A stretch of 64,000 nucleotides of DNA from Camelus ferus (lineage: Eukaryota), in contig NC_045696.1 in the NCBI RefSeq assembly GCF_009834535.1, forward strand, positions 7,008,001 to 7,072,000, written 5' to 3'. This document shows positions 13,150 through 26,837 of this stretch, piece by piece. Every line of letters begins with the position of its first letter. Position 1 is the first letter of the stretch. Below the pieces are notes generated by a model that ran no database searches, was not told where the DNA came from, and worked only from the letters and a program-made list of their open reading frames with translations. The translations under genes and the position numbers were made by a program.

Positions 13150-15005
13150 TCAGGGGCAGCAGGAACAGTCCTCCATATTTCACATTTGCTGCATCATCCT
13201 CTCCAGGTCTACCTACAGGTGTCAACACAGATAGGTGTGTGTAAGCATGTACGTGCATTTGAGGGTTTTTTTAAACCATTCGAAGGCAAACTGTAGACTT
13301 AATGCCACTTTACCCCTAAACTCTTCAGTGTACACTCCATGAACGTGAAGGCAGTCTTCCACAGCCACAGCAGGATCAGCAAAATCAGAAAACATACTGA
13401 TACAAGACTATTATCCAAAAACTTGATTCAGATTTTTGCTGGTTTTCCAAATAATTTCCCTCATTGTCAGAGAAAAACACCAGGTTATGCTTTGTTGCCG
13501 CGTCTGTTAATCTCCTGTGACCAACGGAGCACCTCTGTCTGTGTTTAACTTTCAACGCATTGACTAGTTTTTTGGAAGTATAGTGGGTTCACAGTGCTGT
13601 GCTAATTTCTCGTGCACAGCATAGTGATTCAGTTACACACACATATGTGTTCCTTTTCATATTCTTTTTCACTACAGGCTATTAAAAGGTGTTAAATATA
13701 GTTCCCTGTGCTATTCAGTAAAACCTTGTTGTTTATCTATTTCATATATAGTAGTTAGTATCTGCAAATCTCAAATTCCCAATTTATCCCCCCACCACCC
13801 CCCTCTTTTTCCCCTTGGTAACCACAGTTTTGTTTTCTATGTCTGTGAGTCTGTTTCTGTTTTGTAAATAAGTTCATTTGTGTCCTTTTTTTGGATTCCA
13901 CATGTAAGTGGTATCATGATATTTGTCTTTCTCTGTCTGACTTACTTCACTTAATATAACAATTGACAGGTCCATCCATGTTGCTGCAAATGGCATTATT
14001 TCATTCTTTTTAATGGCAGAGTGGTATTCCATTGTGTGTGTGTGTGTGTAGTGACACACACACATACACATATACATGTCACATTTTCTTTATCCAGTCA
14101 TCTGTCAGTGGACATTTACGTTGTTTCCATGTCTTGGCTATTGTAAGCAGTGCTGCTGTAAACATGGGGTGCATGTATCTTTTCAGATTAGAGTTTTCAC
14201 ATATGCACAGGAGTAGGGTAAGACCTTTTTGAAGAGTATAGGCCACTTACTTTGTAGAATGTCCCTCAATATTGACTTTTCTGGTGCTTCCTCATGATTA
14301 GATTTGGGTTTTGCAGTTTGACAAGGTCACAGCTGTGCTCTTCTCAACCCATCCTATCAGTAGACACACAATATTGGTTTATCCCAACCTGGGTGATGTT
14401 GCCTTCAATCGCTGGTTAACGGGGTGCCAACCATCTTTCTCCACTGTAAAGGTATTATTTTTCACTTTATGCAAAGTATCCTGTAGACAGATACTTGGAG
14501 ACCATGTAAATATCCTGTTCCTCTTTGGACTTTCATCTTAGTGCCCATTAATGATTCTTACCTGAATCAACTATCACTAAGATGCTGACCAAATGGTGGT
14601 TTTCTAGCTCCATGGTCCTTGCTACGTTTAGATGTTGACTTTCAACTCTAAGGAAGAGCTTTTCTCCTTGCCTTACTTATATATCTATCTCTTTATATCA
14701 GCATGGACTCACTGAGTCTTATTTTATCCAATGGATAACAACCTGCTACTACCATTATTTATTTGGGATGCTCCAATTATTTGAGATTTGGCCAATGGGA
14801 CCCCCTTCAGACAGGCTTCTTGTCCTTCGAACACTCCCCCATCATTTTTGTCCTCTTTCTTCCTTTATGGCACAAACAGATGTTCCAGGCTACCATTATA
14901 ATTTTCCAGTCCCTCCTATGGAGTCATATATTTGTCCAAATATTTTTTTTTTACTCTTTTTAGTAGAGAATGGTCTTTAGAAGTCAGTATCTGAGCACTA
15001 GGTGT
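13150..15005 (-). mobile_element. Old L1MC/MD-like 3' region split by a younger L1
   Basis: 'ccactttacccctaaactcttcagtgtac' upstream and 'ttttgtagaatgtccctcaat...gatttggccaatgggac' downstream of the insertion. Confidence 0.75.
13568..14215 (-). mobile_element. Younger L1 3' end (ORF2 end plus 3' UTR)
   Basis: Minus ORF ...MEYHSAIKKNEIMPFAATWMDL...SEVSQTEKDKYH; 3' UTR shared with the other copies in the window; short (TG)/(CA) expansion at about 14033-14075. Confidence 0.93.
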
Positions 15006-15634
15006 GCTGAGCAGATATGCACATTAGGCTCCTCCAGTTACAAAAGAGAAGTTCATTTCTGGCCCAGCTCCACTCCTGCTAAATGTATATTTCTGAACTA
15101 AACCAGAAACTTGTCAGGGAGAAATCCCCAGTTCATCTCCTCCAGTAGGTGTCAGAAAGTTGCTCTGCAGTCAGGCAGACCCCAGCTTCTTCCAGCAGGC
15201 CTGTAACCCAGCTTTTGCACCTATCAGAAAAGCAGAGAGCGAGCCTGGGTTTAGAAGCCCCCTGCAGAGGGCTGTCACTGAGCTGCAGGGAGCAGCATCG
15301 GTCCTGTGAAATTGACCTCGTGTCTCCTAGGAGGTGGTGCTGGCTACAGTTTTGCAAACTCTCAGAAGTTTCCTCCTGTTACAGCACTAAGAATAGTTGG
15401 CCTTTTGCTTAGCAGTTGATTTCCTTTTATGTGGCAGATGCTGTAATTCTGTAACTAGCCAGGTCCCCCTCGTGGTTGCAATAATGCCTAGAACGGTACG
15501 TGCGGTGCCGGGAGCAGGGCTGCGCGCCGTGTGGTGTGCGTTTTGACGATGCCTCATGCCTGGTGCTTTTTAGGACCCCGTCCAAGGTGACGCTCTCTTC
15601 CCTCCATCATGAGGGTTGCTGCTAATAGGCTCTA

Positions 15635-16020
15635 TGTACGAGTCGGGCAGAGCTGCCGTTAAACACACCGCAGGCTTGGCAGCTTGAACAGCACTGACTT
15701 CCCCGCGGTGCTGGAGGCTGGAAGTCCCAGATGGAGGTGGTGGCAGGTTCGATTTCTGGTGAGGGCTCTCTTCCTGATTTGCAGGCGCCTTCTCCTTGTG
15801 TCTTCATGGGGCCTTTCTCCTTTGTGCTAAGAGAGGAAACTCTCTCCCTCTTCTTAAAAAGACATCAGTCCTATGGGATAAAGGCTGTATCCTTATGAAC
15901 ACATTTAACCTTGGTTTCCTCCCAGCAGGCCCTGCCTCCCAGCACAGCCACACTGGGGCTTGGGGCTTCAACATGTATTTGGGGTGGGGGGCAGGCAGGA
16001 ACACAATCGAGTCAGTAACA
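15635..16020 (-). mobile_element. MaLR solo LTR (MLT1A-like)
   Basis: 'ctggaggctggaagtcccagat...ttctggtgagggctctcttcctg...ggcttcaacatgtatttgggg...taaca'. Confidence 0.85.
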
Positions 16021-19000
16021 CTGTGTACACCGCTGGCATCCCCATGGACCACGTCAGAGAAATAATAAAGGGATACAGTGTTGGCATCCTCACTGAGAGT
16101 CTGCAGCCTTCACTCCACTGACACCCAGAGCACAGACACCGCCAAGCATGCAACTTGGCTAACTGGGCTTTATCTAAAGTTACAAAAAGCAAAATCCACT
16201 AAAATGTGGCTCATTCTTCTATAATCAGGCAGTCTGGAAAAACCCTAAAGTGTCCCATCACCCCTGCCTGGAGCCACCCCGTCACTCCTCTCCCTATGGA
16301 GCTCATTGTCGCTGAAGGTGCCATCGGGTGGGAAGGTCATGGGTTTGAGCCAGGATGCTGCCCCGTCCTGGCGAGAACCCCCCGTGTAAACACTCAGCAG
16401 GGCAGCCGTGGGTCTCTGGCCACCCCTTGGCAGAAAGGAAAAGCCTGAGGGCACACGGCTACCTGAGGTTGGAGTCTGGGAATGTTGCATCTGCCCTCTA
16501 GCTTCCGGAACCTTCTCTGCACTTCCCTTCCAAGCCCCTCAGGCAGGAAGGGTGCTGTTGGCCGAGCGGCCAGCACAGCACAGAGCAGCATTCATCTGTG
16601 GCTCTGGGAGCGCTGTTTCAGCTCATGCAGTGGGGCATCCTGTTTTTCTTTCCAAATTGCTTATTGATTCATTTTGAATTATCAGCCAGGCTGTGTCACC
16701 CACCCTCCCACGATCCCTCCTGCCAACAATAGTCTGAGGGGCTCAGTTCTCAGGGCCAGCATGCCTGCCCAGCAGAGAGGCCTGAAGACCCAAACACAGC
16801 TTCTGCCCTTGCATTCAGCAGCCCTGGCATCTCCTGTCCTGCCCCAGAGCCATGCAGCCACCTCACCCCCCACACCTACTTCTTGCCCCGGGGTTTGGCC
16901 ATTTGGACCAGGGCTGTCGTTTCCAAGCCATCACCCAGGATTCCATCCTTGAGCACTCATCCATCACAACCCCGTCCTACCAGCTCCTTCATCCTCCAAC
17001 TCAGTCACACTCCTGGGGCACGCTCCCCTCCTTGTGAAAGAGGCATTGGAGACACTGTCCCCCAACCTGTGATGCTAATCAAGAGACCACAGTATATACA
17101 TCCCTGCTCAGGTGTCACTGAACTAGTTGTTGCTTGAGTGCTGTCTAAAACATCAACCCTGGCCTCGAGAAACGAGAAGACACCTGCGACATAGCACTTG
17201 GCACCATCAGTATTAGAAGGAAAAATGATCACATGTAAATAGTTGGTCTGATCGATTTCCAGATTGGATTAATTTCCTGCTGTCTGGTTAGAGAGCGTCC
17301 CGGGAATGCTTTCTCCCTACCCAGCAACCCTTTTAATTAAAGCCAGAAAACAAAATGGAATGTAAACAGCCTGTAGCTGGTCATGGATGAGACAGGGTCG
17401 CTCACAGAATCAGTTTCCTGTGGTTACTGACAACACAAATAAAGACTGGTATAAAAAGCTACCCCTTCTTGGCATCTATATTAAGAGCAAAACTTAACAT
17501 ATCTAATCCAGCCCTTTTATTCTAACTTGAACTAAATAACGATTTATTTGAGGGAAGTGACTTTAGAAATTTGGGCTAAATAGATGTTTCCTCCACGTGT
17601 CACCAGGTGATTGTGGCTCTCAGTGGGAGAGCTGTCTCTTCGAGAATGTCAGATTGTCAGGACTCTTCCTCTTTGAAGGTGACTTGTAAGAGCTCTCTCA
17701 GCTTTCTGATTCCTTCCGAAGCCAGGGTCTAAACTCTATTTCAGAGAGAGAAAGAGGCTTGACGCCTTGCCCCAGAGTCCTGTCAGAACTGGGAGAACGT
17801 GGTGCAGACTGGCCCCACATGCCCATCATTTTCCTGGTTTTTCTACTGAAATGGGAGGCAGAGATATCAGCATTATTCTCATAACCAGGAATTGAGATTG
17901 AAGAGGTTATGCTTGCTCCTGTCTACTTTAAATCAACGAGCTTTAAACACAGTTTGAACCCCGCATGCAGCTCCTTGGGAATTATTCTGAAAGGGGAAAT
18001 TAAAAAAACACTACATTTATTTCTCAAAGGGAGAGGAAGTTGAAATACAAAATTTAAATGGGAACGTGGGTGCCTCTCAGTGTTCTTTAATCTCTGGAAG
18101 TGGCCACATGTATCAAATGTCAATGCCACAAACCCCAAGTAACTATCAAAGTGTGTTAGAATCTAACCATGTCAAAAATTGCTTGTAATAAGCAATCAGC
18201 TGAGGGTACAGATGTCTTCTTTTAGTCACATAGAAAAACATCGCAGAAGACATATTTGACCCACAGTGATAGATCATAGCCAAAGTGCGTTGAATGAGTG
18301 AATAAATTCATATCTGCACCACTGTTTAACTTAATGGGTCCTTCAGGGTCCATGGAGTTCTAACGGGGCTGTGCTTTCCAGGTAAATACAGGTGTGCTGG
18401 TAACTATTCAGATCCTGCCCCTGCCAGGTGGCCTCCGACCATGTCTCACTACACCCCACGACATTCCTGATCTCGACTCATGCCAAAAACTGAGCAAGCA
18501 CAGTGGGCTGAAGCTCTGCCCGGAGGCCATTCCAGCCAGAGGCAAAATCTTGAACTGGGGGCAGAACAGGACATCCGGGAGGAACTCTTCAGAAGTCAGC
18601 CTCAGCTGGTGCTCCCACCCAGGGGACACGAACTCCTTCCAGCTTCCAGCAAGAGCTGTGAGGCTCCACGAAGGTCAGCAAAGCAAGCAGTCAGCCCCCA
18701 GCTTGGTGGCCCAACTTTTCACTCACATTTAAGGCAAATAGTGAGAAATGCAGGGTCAGATCTGAGACACTGCCCACCCCTACCTCACCTGTCCAGCTGC
18801 CCCTGCAGCAGCTTAAGGGGCTGGTAAACCTACACTCTCAGCCTCTGTCTCCACCCTTCCTCCTCAAAGATGCGGCTTAAGGATGCTTGGCTTGAAACTG
18901 ACAAGTAACTTGAAGCTTCACCATGAATGCATTACTCTGATCTATGCATTCTCGGTAACCAGGTCCCCAGAATTCCAGAAAATATTCACAGGCCATTGGC

Positions 19001-19189
19001 AAAGTCAAAAATCTTGAGGTTTCCTAAGATTCCCAGAGCAGAGACCTTATATCCTACCAATGTCTGTTACAAAGGCAAACGCATGTAGCTGCCCTGTAGA
19101 CCATGGCTGAGGTTGCAAACTTACCCCACAGTTACTCCAGGGCAGACAGACATTTTATTCAAAGTCTTATGGTTGACAGTCTTTGAACT

Positions 19190-19300
19190 TGTATAAATTT
19201 TTATATAACATTATAACATATATAATGCAATATATAATATTATATATTATACATATATACACAATATGTATACCTACAATGCATATATTTAATAATATTT
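19190..19300. repeat. TA-rich low-complexity repeat
   Basis: Degenerate (TA)n/(TATAA)n run. Confidence 0.8.
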
Positions 19301-19607
19301 TCACTACAATTGAGATATATTAGTTCAGGATATATACAAAGACTCCCCTTTGACCTCTAGCATGCTGTCTTTGAATCTGATATTTTAGCCAAGATTTCCA
19401 CCCATTATGTCACTATCTCTATTAGACACCTTTTCTAAAACTGTAGGACTAAGAGCAAATACTTACTGAGCAACCAAGTCTGGTTTCTAGCCAAGTGTCA
19501 GCATAGCCAGGTGTCATTCATGCATAATCTCAGGTATCTTATCCAACACCTGTGTCCCTCTTCCCCACTTGTTTGGCCATCGGAATTCAATATCCCAGGA
19601 CGAGCCT

Positions 19608-20087
19608 TGCTGGTATTAAAGGAAAGCCAGAGCAGTTGAAGCAGTAAAAGCAGATTTTAATCAGGAACTATTACAACAGGGACAGGAGAAATCTCAGCAC
19701 AGAACTGGGCTCAGTTCCAAATACAGTAGGGACAAGCAGGGACTTACAGCCAAGGCGGTTGAGGGGAAGGGATCGGTGGGCGGAGAAACACTAACAACCA
19801 GGCAAGGGGCCATTCTGACCAAACCCACCGACCAGGATTCCTGCTGAAGGCAGGCCAGGGCGATCAGACAGCATCTAGGGAGCGGTGAGGACGAGGAATC
19901 GGATCAGATATTGAGGGCGATCAGATTTCGAGCGGGGGATGGGGGTTCTGGCTAAACAAACTTAGCAGGAATTTTGCTAAAATTGGGTGATGCAGAGACA
20001 AACACAAAAGTCCAAAGGTCAGGGGCCTCATTGAAGAGAGGGCTCAGAGGAGTTTGCCTAAGATTGGGTCAGGGAGAGTCTCTGTCA
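19608..20087 (-). mobile_element. ERV1 solo LTR (MER31/MER67-like)
   Basis: Reverse complement begins 'tgacagagactctccctgacccaatcttaggcaaactcctctgagccctctc', like the recalled MER31 5' end; about 480 bp. Confidence 0.75.
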
Positions 20088-20149
20088 CCAGTGATGGGTT
20101 ACATTACATGCTCCGTTAGGCTGACGGATGAGGGTGAGGTTCACCACGA

Positions 20150-20340
20150 AAAGCTGTGGACCTGTGATCAGAGCATGCACTCGCGTCTTGACCTTGCCCT
20201 GTCCTTGACTAAGACACCTGGTTTACCTGGATCCCCTGTTCTTTTATCTGATGGGAGGGGTAATAACCTGCATGGCTTGGTTCTGATGATTACTGAATGA
20301 GATAAAAGAGCTTAGCACAGAATCTGAAATATAGTAGAAA
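20150..20340 (+). mobile_element. MIR fragment
   Basis: 'gatgattactgaatgagataaaagagcttagcacagaatctg...atagtag' resembles the MIR 3' end. Confidence 0.55.
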
Positions 20341-22052
20341 ATCGAGGGGAAAAAAGGTTGCTTTTTAATTCTTATTTTTATTGACGTGTAATCATTCTAT
20401 ATCTCTAGTGCTCAGAGGTTCTACTCACCTATAAAATGACAGATGGTTCAAATTTCTAAAAGTGTCAAGTTAGAAAAAGCACTCATCCTCCTTATTCAAT
20501 GGCAATTTTTTCGTAGGTTGAATCTTGACAGGTGAGGTGGGAATTCTGTCACACGTAATTCAGATAACGGGAGAACACCTTGGCTCTAAAATAATCTTGA
20601 AAGGAAAAAAAAATACAAACCTGTCTGCTAAGCCCTTACCAAAAAATCAGCTTAGATAAAGACTGGAGATGTCTCTATTTCCCATTCAGGTGTTCCAGAC
20701 CTAACACCGGTCGGACGAGAGGGACGCCTTCTGTCTTGGGTGGTAGGGCTCAGTGAACAGCAACAAATATTTAAGTCATCCAGAATCATTGAATATGCTC
20801 TAAATCAAACCCCCAAAAGACTTTGCAATTACCTGACACTTGTTTATCTGACAATTTGATAAACCTAGATTCCAGAATCCAACTAAGAACCCTAAGTGAG
20901 GAGAGAAATGCAACCACAAGAGACATCAGTGTCCACCGGCTAAACCTCGTGCAGTTCAGCACAGTAACTAAGGCAGACATGAGGACAGGCAGAAGACAGG
21001 ATGTAAAAATAGGCACTTTCTTCTGCTGTACGGAAGAAAGATGTTTCTTTTTCTAATAAGGAATCCTAAGAAGCCTGGTTGACTGGATTCCCAGACCAGA
21101 GCAGACCCAGAAGTGGTGAATGAAGGCGGAGATGGGTTTGCACCTGCTAGCATGTGGAGAGCAGAGAGGTGAGGTCTGGCAGCGAGAGAGGAAAGCCCAG
21201 AGCTACACAGCCAAGAAAAAGAGCCCAAACGTGCAGCTGTTGGGCACCGTTCCTGCGCCTGAGAGCAGGTCTGTGTCGCAGGGCAGCACAGGATTTCAGG
21301 TTTCAGCAAGATGGCTGGGGGATGTGAGAATGCATTTAGATTACACTCGGCATGGTCGGCTTGCAGGGAAAGAGGGGTGTTTGCCACACTGCAGAAGAGT
21401 TTCTGGCTTCAATTCAGAAGCCTTTATGTATTTACAATAAGGAGAAAACCTCGGGCACTGGAATGTCCACCCTGCGGTGTGTAATCCCATATTGCTGATA
21501 CAGGGGCTGGGACCCAAGGAGCCATTAGCCTTCCTGGCTTCCAGTAGACATGTTCCCAGCCCAGGCTGTCCCAAGCAAGGATGCTCCTGCCACCCTGCTC
21601 TAACCCAGGCCTGCTCCGGAAGCCCTTCTGAGGGCCAGGGCGGTGTGAGCAGATGACACCCTCCGTCCGAAGGGGCCGCCTTGGGTCCTAGGAGGTACCC
21701 TGCCCTCTGGGGGCCACAGGTCCTCTGTGTTAGGGAGGAACAGCCCACTGTGGCAGCAAATGGCCATCCTGGGCCTCACATTCTTCAGAAACGAGCTTTA
21801 TTTGGCTGAGTATTCTTAGGAGCTTGAATTCTTCTGCCTTCAGGAAGGGTATGCTCTGGGTTTCCCCACAGGGCCCCCTCCTCGAAATCTCCCCACCCCA
21901 CACTCATCCCCTCCCTCCCCAGCCAGTCTGTGTCCCGGCCCCTGGGCGCGCAGGAGTCTGAGGCCTGTGACCCTTGTGTCCTGAACATCATGTGACAAAA
22001 GAGAGGAGGCTGTGGACATCGAAAGCAAGAAACAGGTTCAAGGCATGGTTTT

Positions 22053-22351
22053 GTTTGTTTGTTTGTTTTTAGATTTTTTTTAATTGAAATATAGTTGATT
22101 TACAAGGTTGCATTAGTTCTGGTGCACAGCATAGTGGTTCAGGCACACACACATAGATTCTTTTTCATATTCTTTTTCATTGTAGGTTATTACAAGAAAT
22201 TGAATGCAGTCCCCTGTGCGATGCCTTCAGACCTTGTTGTGTATCTATGCTGTATATAGTAGTTTGTATCTGCTAATCCCAAACTTCTAATTTGCCCCTC
22301 CCCACCCCTTTCCCCTTTGGTCAGCACAAGTTTGTTTTCTATGTCTGTGAG
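22053..22351 (-). mobile_element. 5'-truncated L1 3' end with TSD
   Basis: (TTTG)n/T tail, L1 3' UTR; TSD tcaaggcatggtttt (22038-22052) / tcaaggcctgttttt (22352-22366). Confidence 0.9.
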
Positions 22352-22639
22352 TCAAGGCCTGTTTTTTAAATCATAATCATTCTTTCCCACCCAGACGAGA
22401 GGCACCGACCGCAGTCCTCCACCCACACAGCCAGCTTGACTTGGGTGATGAATCTCTCATTTGCTTCAGTCTAAAGCAGTTAGATTTTGCCTGTCACTGT
22501 CCTCAGCTGTGCATGTTAAGAGTTGCCCAGAGCAAAGCCATCTGATTGCCAGGGAAGGATCAATTTCTGCTTCCTCGTTTTTTTTTTCATTTTCATCTCG
22601 ATGTTTTTACTTTAAAAGTGCTAGTTGCACGTGGTAAGA

Positions 22640-23830
22640 AATTCAAATAGCATAAAAGAATATATAACAAAAACACATCCCCGGCCCACCCTCTCTTTGC
22701 CAGGGCCTCTCCTGGAAGAGATCTGCTCACAGCCCGTGGCATGCCTTCCAGATACGTTCCATACTTACTCAAGCATATGTCCATACGCATTAATACATAT
22801 TTATATTGTGTTGCCCAAATGGAAACATACGTTTTTGCCCATGGTTGACTGCTTTTCTAAAAATATAATGTATGTAAGTATTAACATATTCTTTTTAAAC
22901 TGCAAAGTAATATCCCATTTTATGGGTGTCTGCTCATTTGCATAGCTAGTGCTCTGCTGATGAATATTTAGATGGCTTCCTACATTTTTTTCCATTACAA
23001 ACAACACTGCAAGGAAACTCTTTGATTTCCCTAAAATAGAATCTCAGAAGTAAGATTGATGGGCGAAAAGAGGATATGCATATTTTGCTTTTAAAGATGC
23101 TGCCGAATTGCCCCCCAGAGGTTGTGTGGATTCACAGCCCTCCCTCCAGAGGGGCGCGGGCCGCACGCACAGACGTTCACCCTCACTGGAGGCAAACAGC
23201 TCACTGATCTTTGCTGGTTGCGTGAGAGAAAACGAGGCGTCATTTACATTTCTTAGAGTGGAGTTGAGCATTTTTTAATATATTTACTGGTGCTGCTTTC
23301 TCTGCCCTTTGCCCATTTTTTTTTTCAAATGGATTTTTAGCTTTTTCTTCTTGATTTGGAAAGTCCTGTTTTATACAAAGAAAATTCACCCTTTCTTCAT
23401 CACGTGCCATGCAGATGCATGTTTCACAGTCTGTCCTGTGTCTCATGGCTTTCTTTGTTAATGATATTTTTATTCTTTTACCTTTGGCCTGAATATTTTT
23501 ATAATGGTTTTATTTTATGTAGTGAAACTTACCAATATTTTTCCTTATGAGATCCTAGTTTTGTGCCATAGGCAAGCTCATTTTTCAGGAACACAAGAGT
23601 AGAGTTAGTCTTGCCCCTATTCCTATGTTACTAACATGAAATGACTGCCTTGTTTTCCCATAGTCCTTTTAACAGTCTAACTTTTAGACTGAGATCTTTG
23701 ACCCAGCTGGACTTAGCTGGGAGCCCGCTTGCATTTCACTCTGAATGACTTCCTGGTTGTCCTAACACTGCCCACTGAACAGTCCATTCTTTTCTCCGCT
23801 CACTTGAATTCTCATACTTCGTGATTTTGC
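22640..23830 (-). mobile_element. Old L1ME-like fragment
   Basis: 'atttagatggcttcc...ccattacaaacaacactgcaagg', 'tgccgaattgcc', 'gttgagcatttttta' are decayed ORF2/3' UTR motifs. Confidence 0.75.
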
Positions 23831-23958
23831 CTGACCATCCTCAGCAGAAGAAAACACAAATCGATAGTAAATATTCCTGATCTTTTGGTTTTAGTGACTG
23901 CTTCAAATATCAGTCTGAGCTCCTCTAAGCTGCCTGTGCCCACATGACCTTTCACAGT

Positions 23959-24365
23959 TGTTATTGTTGAACTGTGTCCCCCAAAACTGAGAAGGTAAAG
24001 TCCTAACTCCCAGCACCTAAGAATGGGGCCTTATTTGGAAACAGGGTCACTGCAGACGTAATTAGTTACAATGAGGTCTTACTGGGGTACGATTAGGTCC
24101 CTCATCCTAACCCAATATGGCTGCTGTCCTTATAAAGGGGGAAATTTGGACAGAGACACGTGCTCCCTGAGAGCATCATATTAAGGTGAAGGCAGCGATC
24201 AGGGCGGGGTGGGGTGGGGGGATGTAGTGCATCTCCAAGCCAAGGAAGGCCAGAGAGGGCCAGCAAACCAGCAGAAGCTAAGGGAGATGGTCTTGCAAAA
24301 GACCGTCCATCACTGCCCTCAGAAGAGACCAAACTGCAGACACCTTGATCTCAGACTCCGACCTC
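23959..24365 (+). mobile_element. MaLR LTR (MLT1B/C-like), 3' truncated
   Basis: 'gaactgtgtcccccaaaa...ccttatttggaaacagggtcactgcagacgtaattagtta...caccttgatctcagact'. Confidence 0.85.
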
Positions 24366-25184
24366 CTACCACCCCCATCAGGCTTTGAGATTTCCTTCCC
24401 TCTTCTGCCAACAAATAAGCATGCCAAGCTGGGAAAACAGGCCTTGAAGAGACAGTGCATCCGAGATTCCTCAGCTGAGAAGTATGGTCTGCAGTGTATT
24501 CACTGAACTGCAGCAAAGCCAATGGGCGCAGAGGAGGGGAGGTGGGAGGAGAAAGATGATGGTTTCTGGGAACCCTGAGGAAGAATTTAATCAAAGCTGC
24601 TCTCTTTAAATACTGTTTTTCAAAAAGCAAGAACCTTGAAAATCCGTCCAGGAATGGGGCTTTCTTGACTGCCACGTCTCTGGGCGTCCAAGCCATGGCT
24701 GTCCCCGGGGGATCCACACCTGCGACACTGGCTCCATCTTTTCCCGCAAATACGACTTTTCTTTCAGGCTTGTTGGGGTGTCTATGTGAATTTTTGGCGA
24801 TGTCCTGTGGCTGATTTCCTCCCTCTGGGAACACACAACAGAAGAAATTATCATGTAAATCAGGATGGTGATATGATCCAGGGGACACATGTTTCCAGGA
24901 ATGTTGCCCTCGCTTGACGCCAGAGATGGAGCGCAGTGGGTGGGCGCAAGCTGAATCTACTTGGAAAGGCGGGCTGGGCGGCGGAGCTCTGACTCGGCCA
25001 GAGAGTGCCGTTCCCGAGGGTCTGCTCCTTCATGAAGCATCCCTGCCCCTGCTCCCCACTCGCTCCAGAGCTCCCGAAAACTGCTGGGCTTGCAACACCT
25101 TCCTGGCAGGCTGCAGGGGCAGACAGGCGCCCTTCTGTAGTTCTCAGCAGACCACTCGGGTCACTGCTCAGGCACCAGCCCATC

Positions 25185-25641
25185 TGTAGGGGGTAAATCG
25201 GTGACCCCCTAAAAGATGAGTTTATGCCCTAAGCGCCAGTCCCTCTGAATAGGGCCTTATTGGAAAGAGGGTCCTCGGAGATGTAATTAAGCAAAGAATT
25301 CCAAGATGTGATCATCCTGGATAACCCACGTGGTCCCTAAATCCTGTGACAAGTGCCCTTATAGGAGACAGAAGAGAAGAAGGCACAGAGGAAAAGGCCA
25401 TGTGAAGACGGAGGCAGGGACGGGAGTGATGAGGCCACAAACCAAGGAACATCTGGAGACACCAGAAGCTGGAAGAGGCAGGAAGGATCCTCCCCTAGAG
25501 CCCGCAGAGGGAGCCCGGCCCTGCTGACACCTGGATCTCAGACTTCGGGCCTCCAGATCTAAGAGAGAAAACATGCTGTTCTAAGCCACGCAGTTTGTGG
25601 CGATTTGTCACAAGATTTGGCAGCCACAAGAAATTAACACA
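25185..25641 (+). mobile_element. MaLR solo LTR (MLT1C/D-like)
   Basis: TG...CA ends; MLT1 motifs; perfect 5-bp TSD CCATC (25180-25184 and 25642-25646). Confidence 0.92.
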
Positions 25642-26837
25642 CCATCCCTCCGAGTAGCCCTCCCCTTCTGCTGTCTCTAAAAGGACATCTAAACAAATAG
25701 TATTTGTGGAATAAAGGGACCAGCAAGACAGAAAAGCATCAGGCCCAGGGCAGTCCCTCAGCATGTGGGCACACCAGACCTCTTTCCCCTAAATAAAGAA
25801 ATAGAGCAGCAGGTAGCCGTCACCATCAACAGACAGCCATGGGACTCCGTAGTGGGTGAGCTCAGTGGGCCTAGGCGGCTGCCCAGAGCCCCAGCCTTCC
25901 AGAAACCACCACCCCCCCCCTTTACCTTCTCTTCGTTTTCTTAGCTTTTTCGTTGTTGCCAGCTGACTTCACTCGCATAATTCACCAGCCACGTAGACGT
26001 TCACAGAGAGAAAGTTTAATGAACAGCAAGACGAGAAAACATTATATGTGTTTCCTTTTAGAATCAAAAAAAAAGGTTATAAAGAATCAGACTGAGTGCA
26101 GACATTCCTAAGGAAGCAGGGCCTCTAGGGACAGATCAGAGTGAAGCCAACAGGCTTCTGTCAGAAGCTCCTGATCAGATTACAGGTTTATATTCGGCTC
26201 AGGGCAACACAGGATCCTGCACTAAATTCACTGATAAGCATCCATCACTCTCCTCTCAGACCGAAACCAATACAGAACCATCCACAGAAGATGGAGAGAA
26301 GGGCCCAATCAGAGAAACTTAGCCAGTTATCAAATTACCACCTGGCTGTTTCTAGATGATCCTTCACTTCAGTTGCATTACCCCTGCCAACACCTTGGGG
26401 AATTCCTCCACTAATTTGAGAGTCTCAAGTTGTTGCCTCCAATGAAGAAATGCCAGGAAAAGTCAAGCATCGAGAACACTCAACCCCTGGAGAGTTAGAG
26501 AGACGAGAGGCAATCTGGGCCTTGGCATTCTTATTTCTGAGGGGGCCATGGGACTACGTGCTAAATCTACTCTTTGATATGTACCAGGGAGATTTCTTGA
26601 AATTGCTTAGAAATCTTGCCATCAGCCCTAGGGAGTCACAGCTCCCTCTGCAACCAACATGTTGCTCACCCCAGTGCCCCTGATGGGAAACTCTGCAGAA
26701 ATCTTCCAGTAGCAGTGGGTCCCCCTCTCGAGAGAGAGAATGGACTCTCCAGTGAGCACTGAGGTCTCAGAGGTGTGGGTTGAAAAAGCTCCAGGAAGGG
26801 TCGTGGAGATGGTGGCTGCACTGTTCTGTGCAGTAGG

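Noticed and set aside
23140..23160. CTCF-like 'cctccagaggggcgc'
   Set aside because: An extra G breaks the core spacing, and it lies inside a decayed L1
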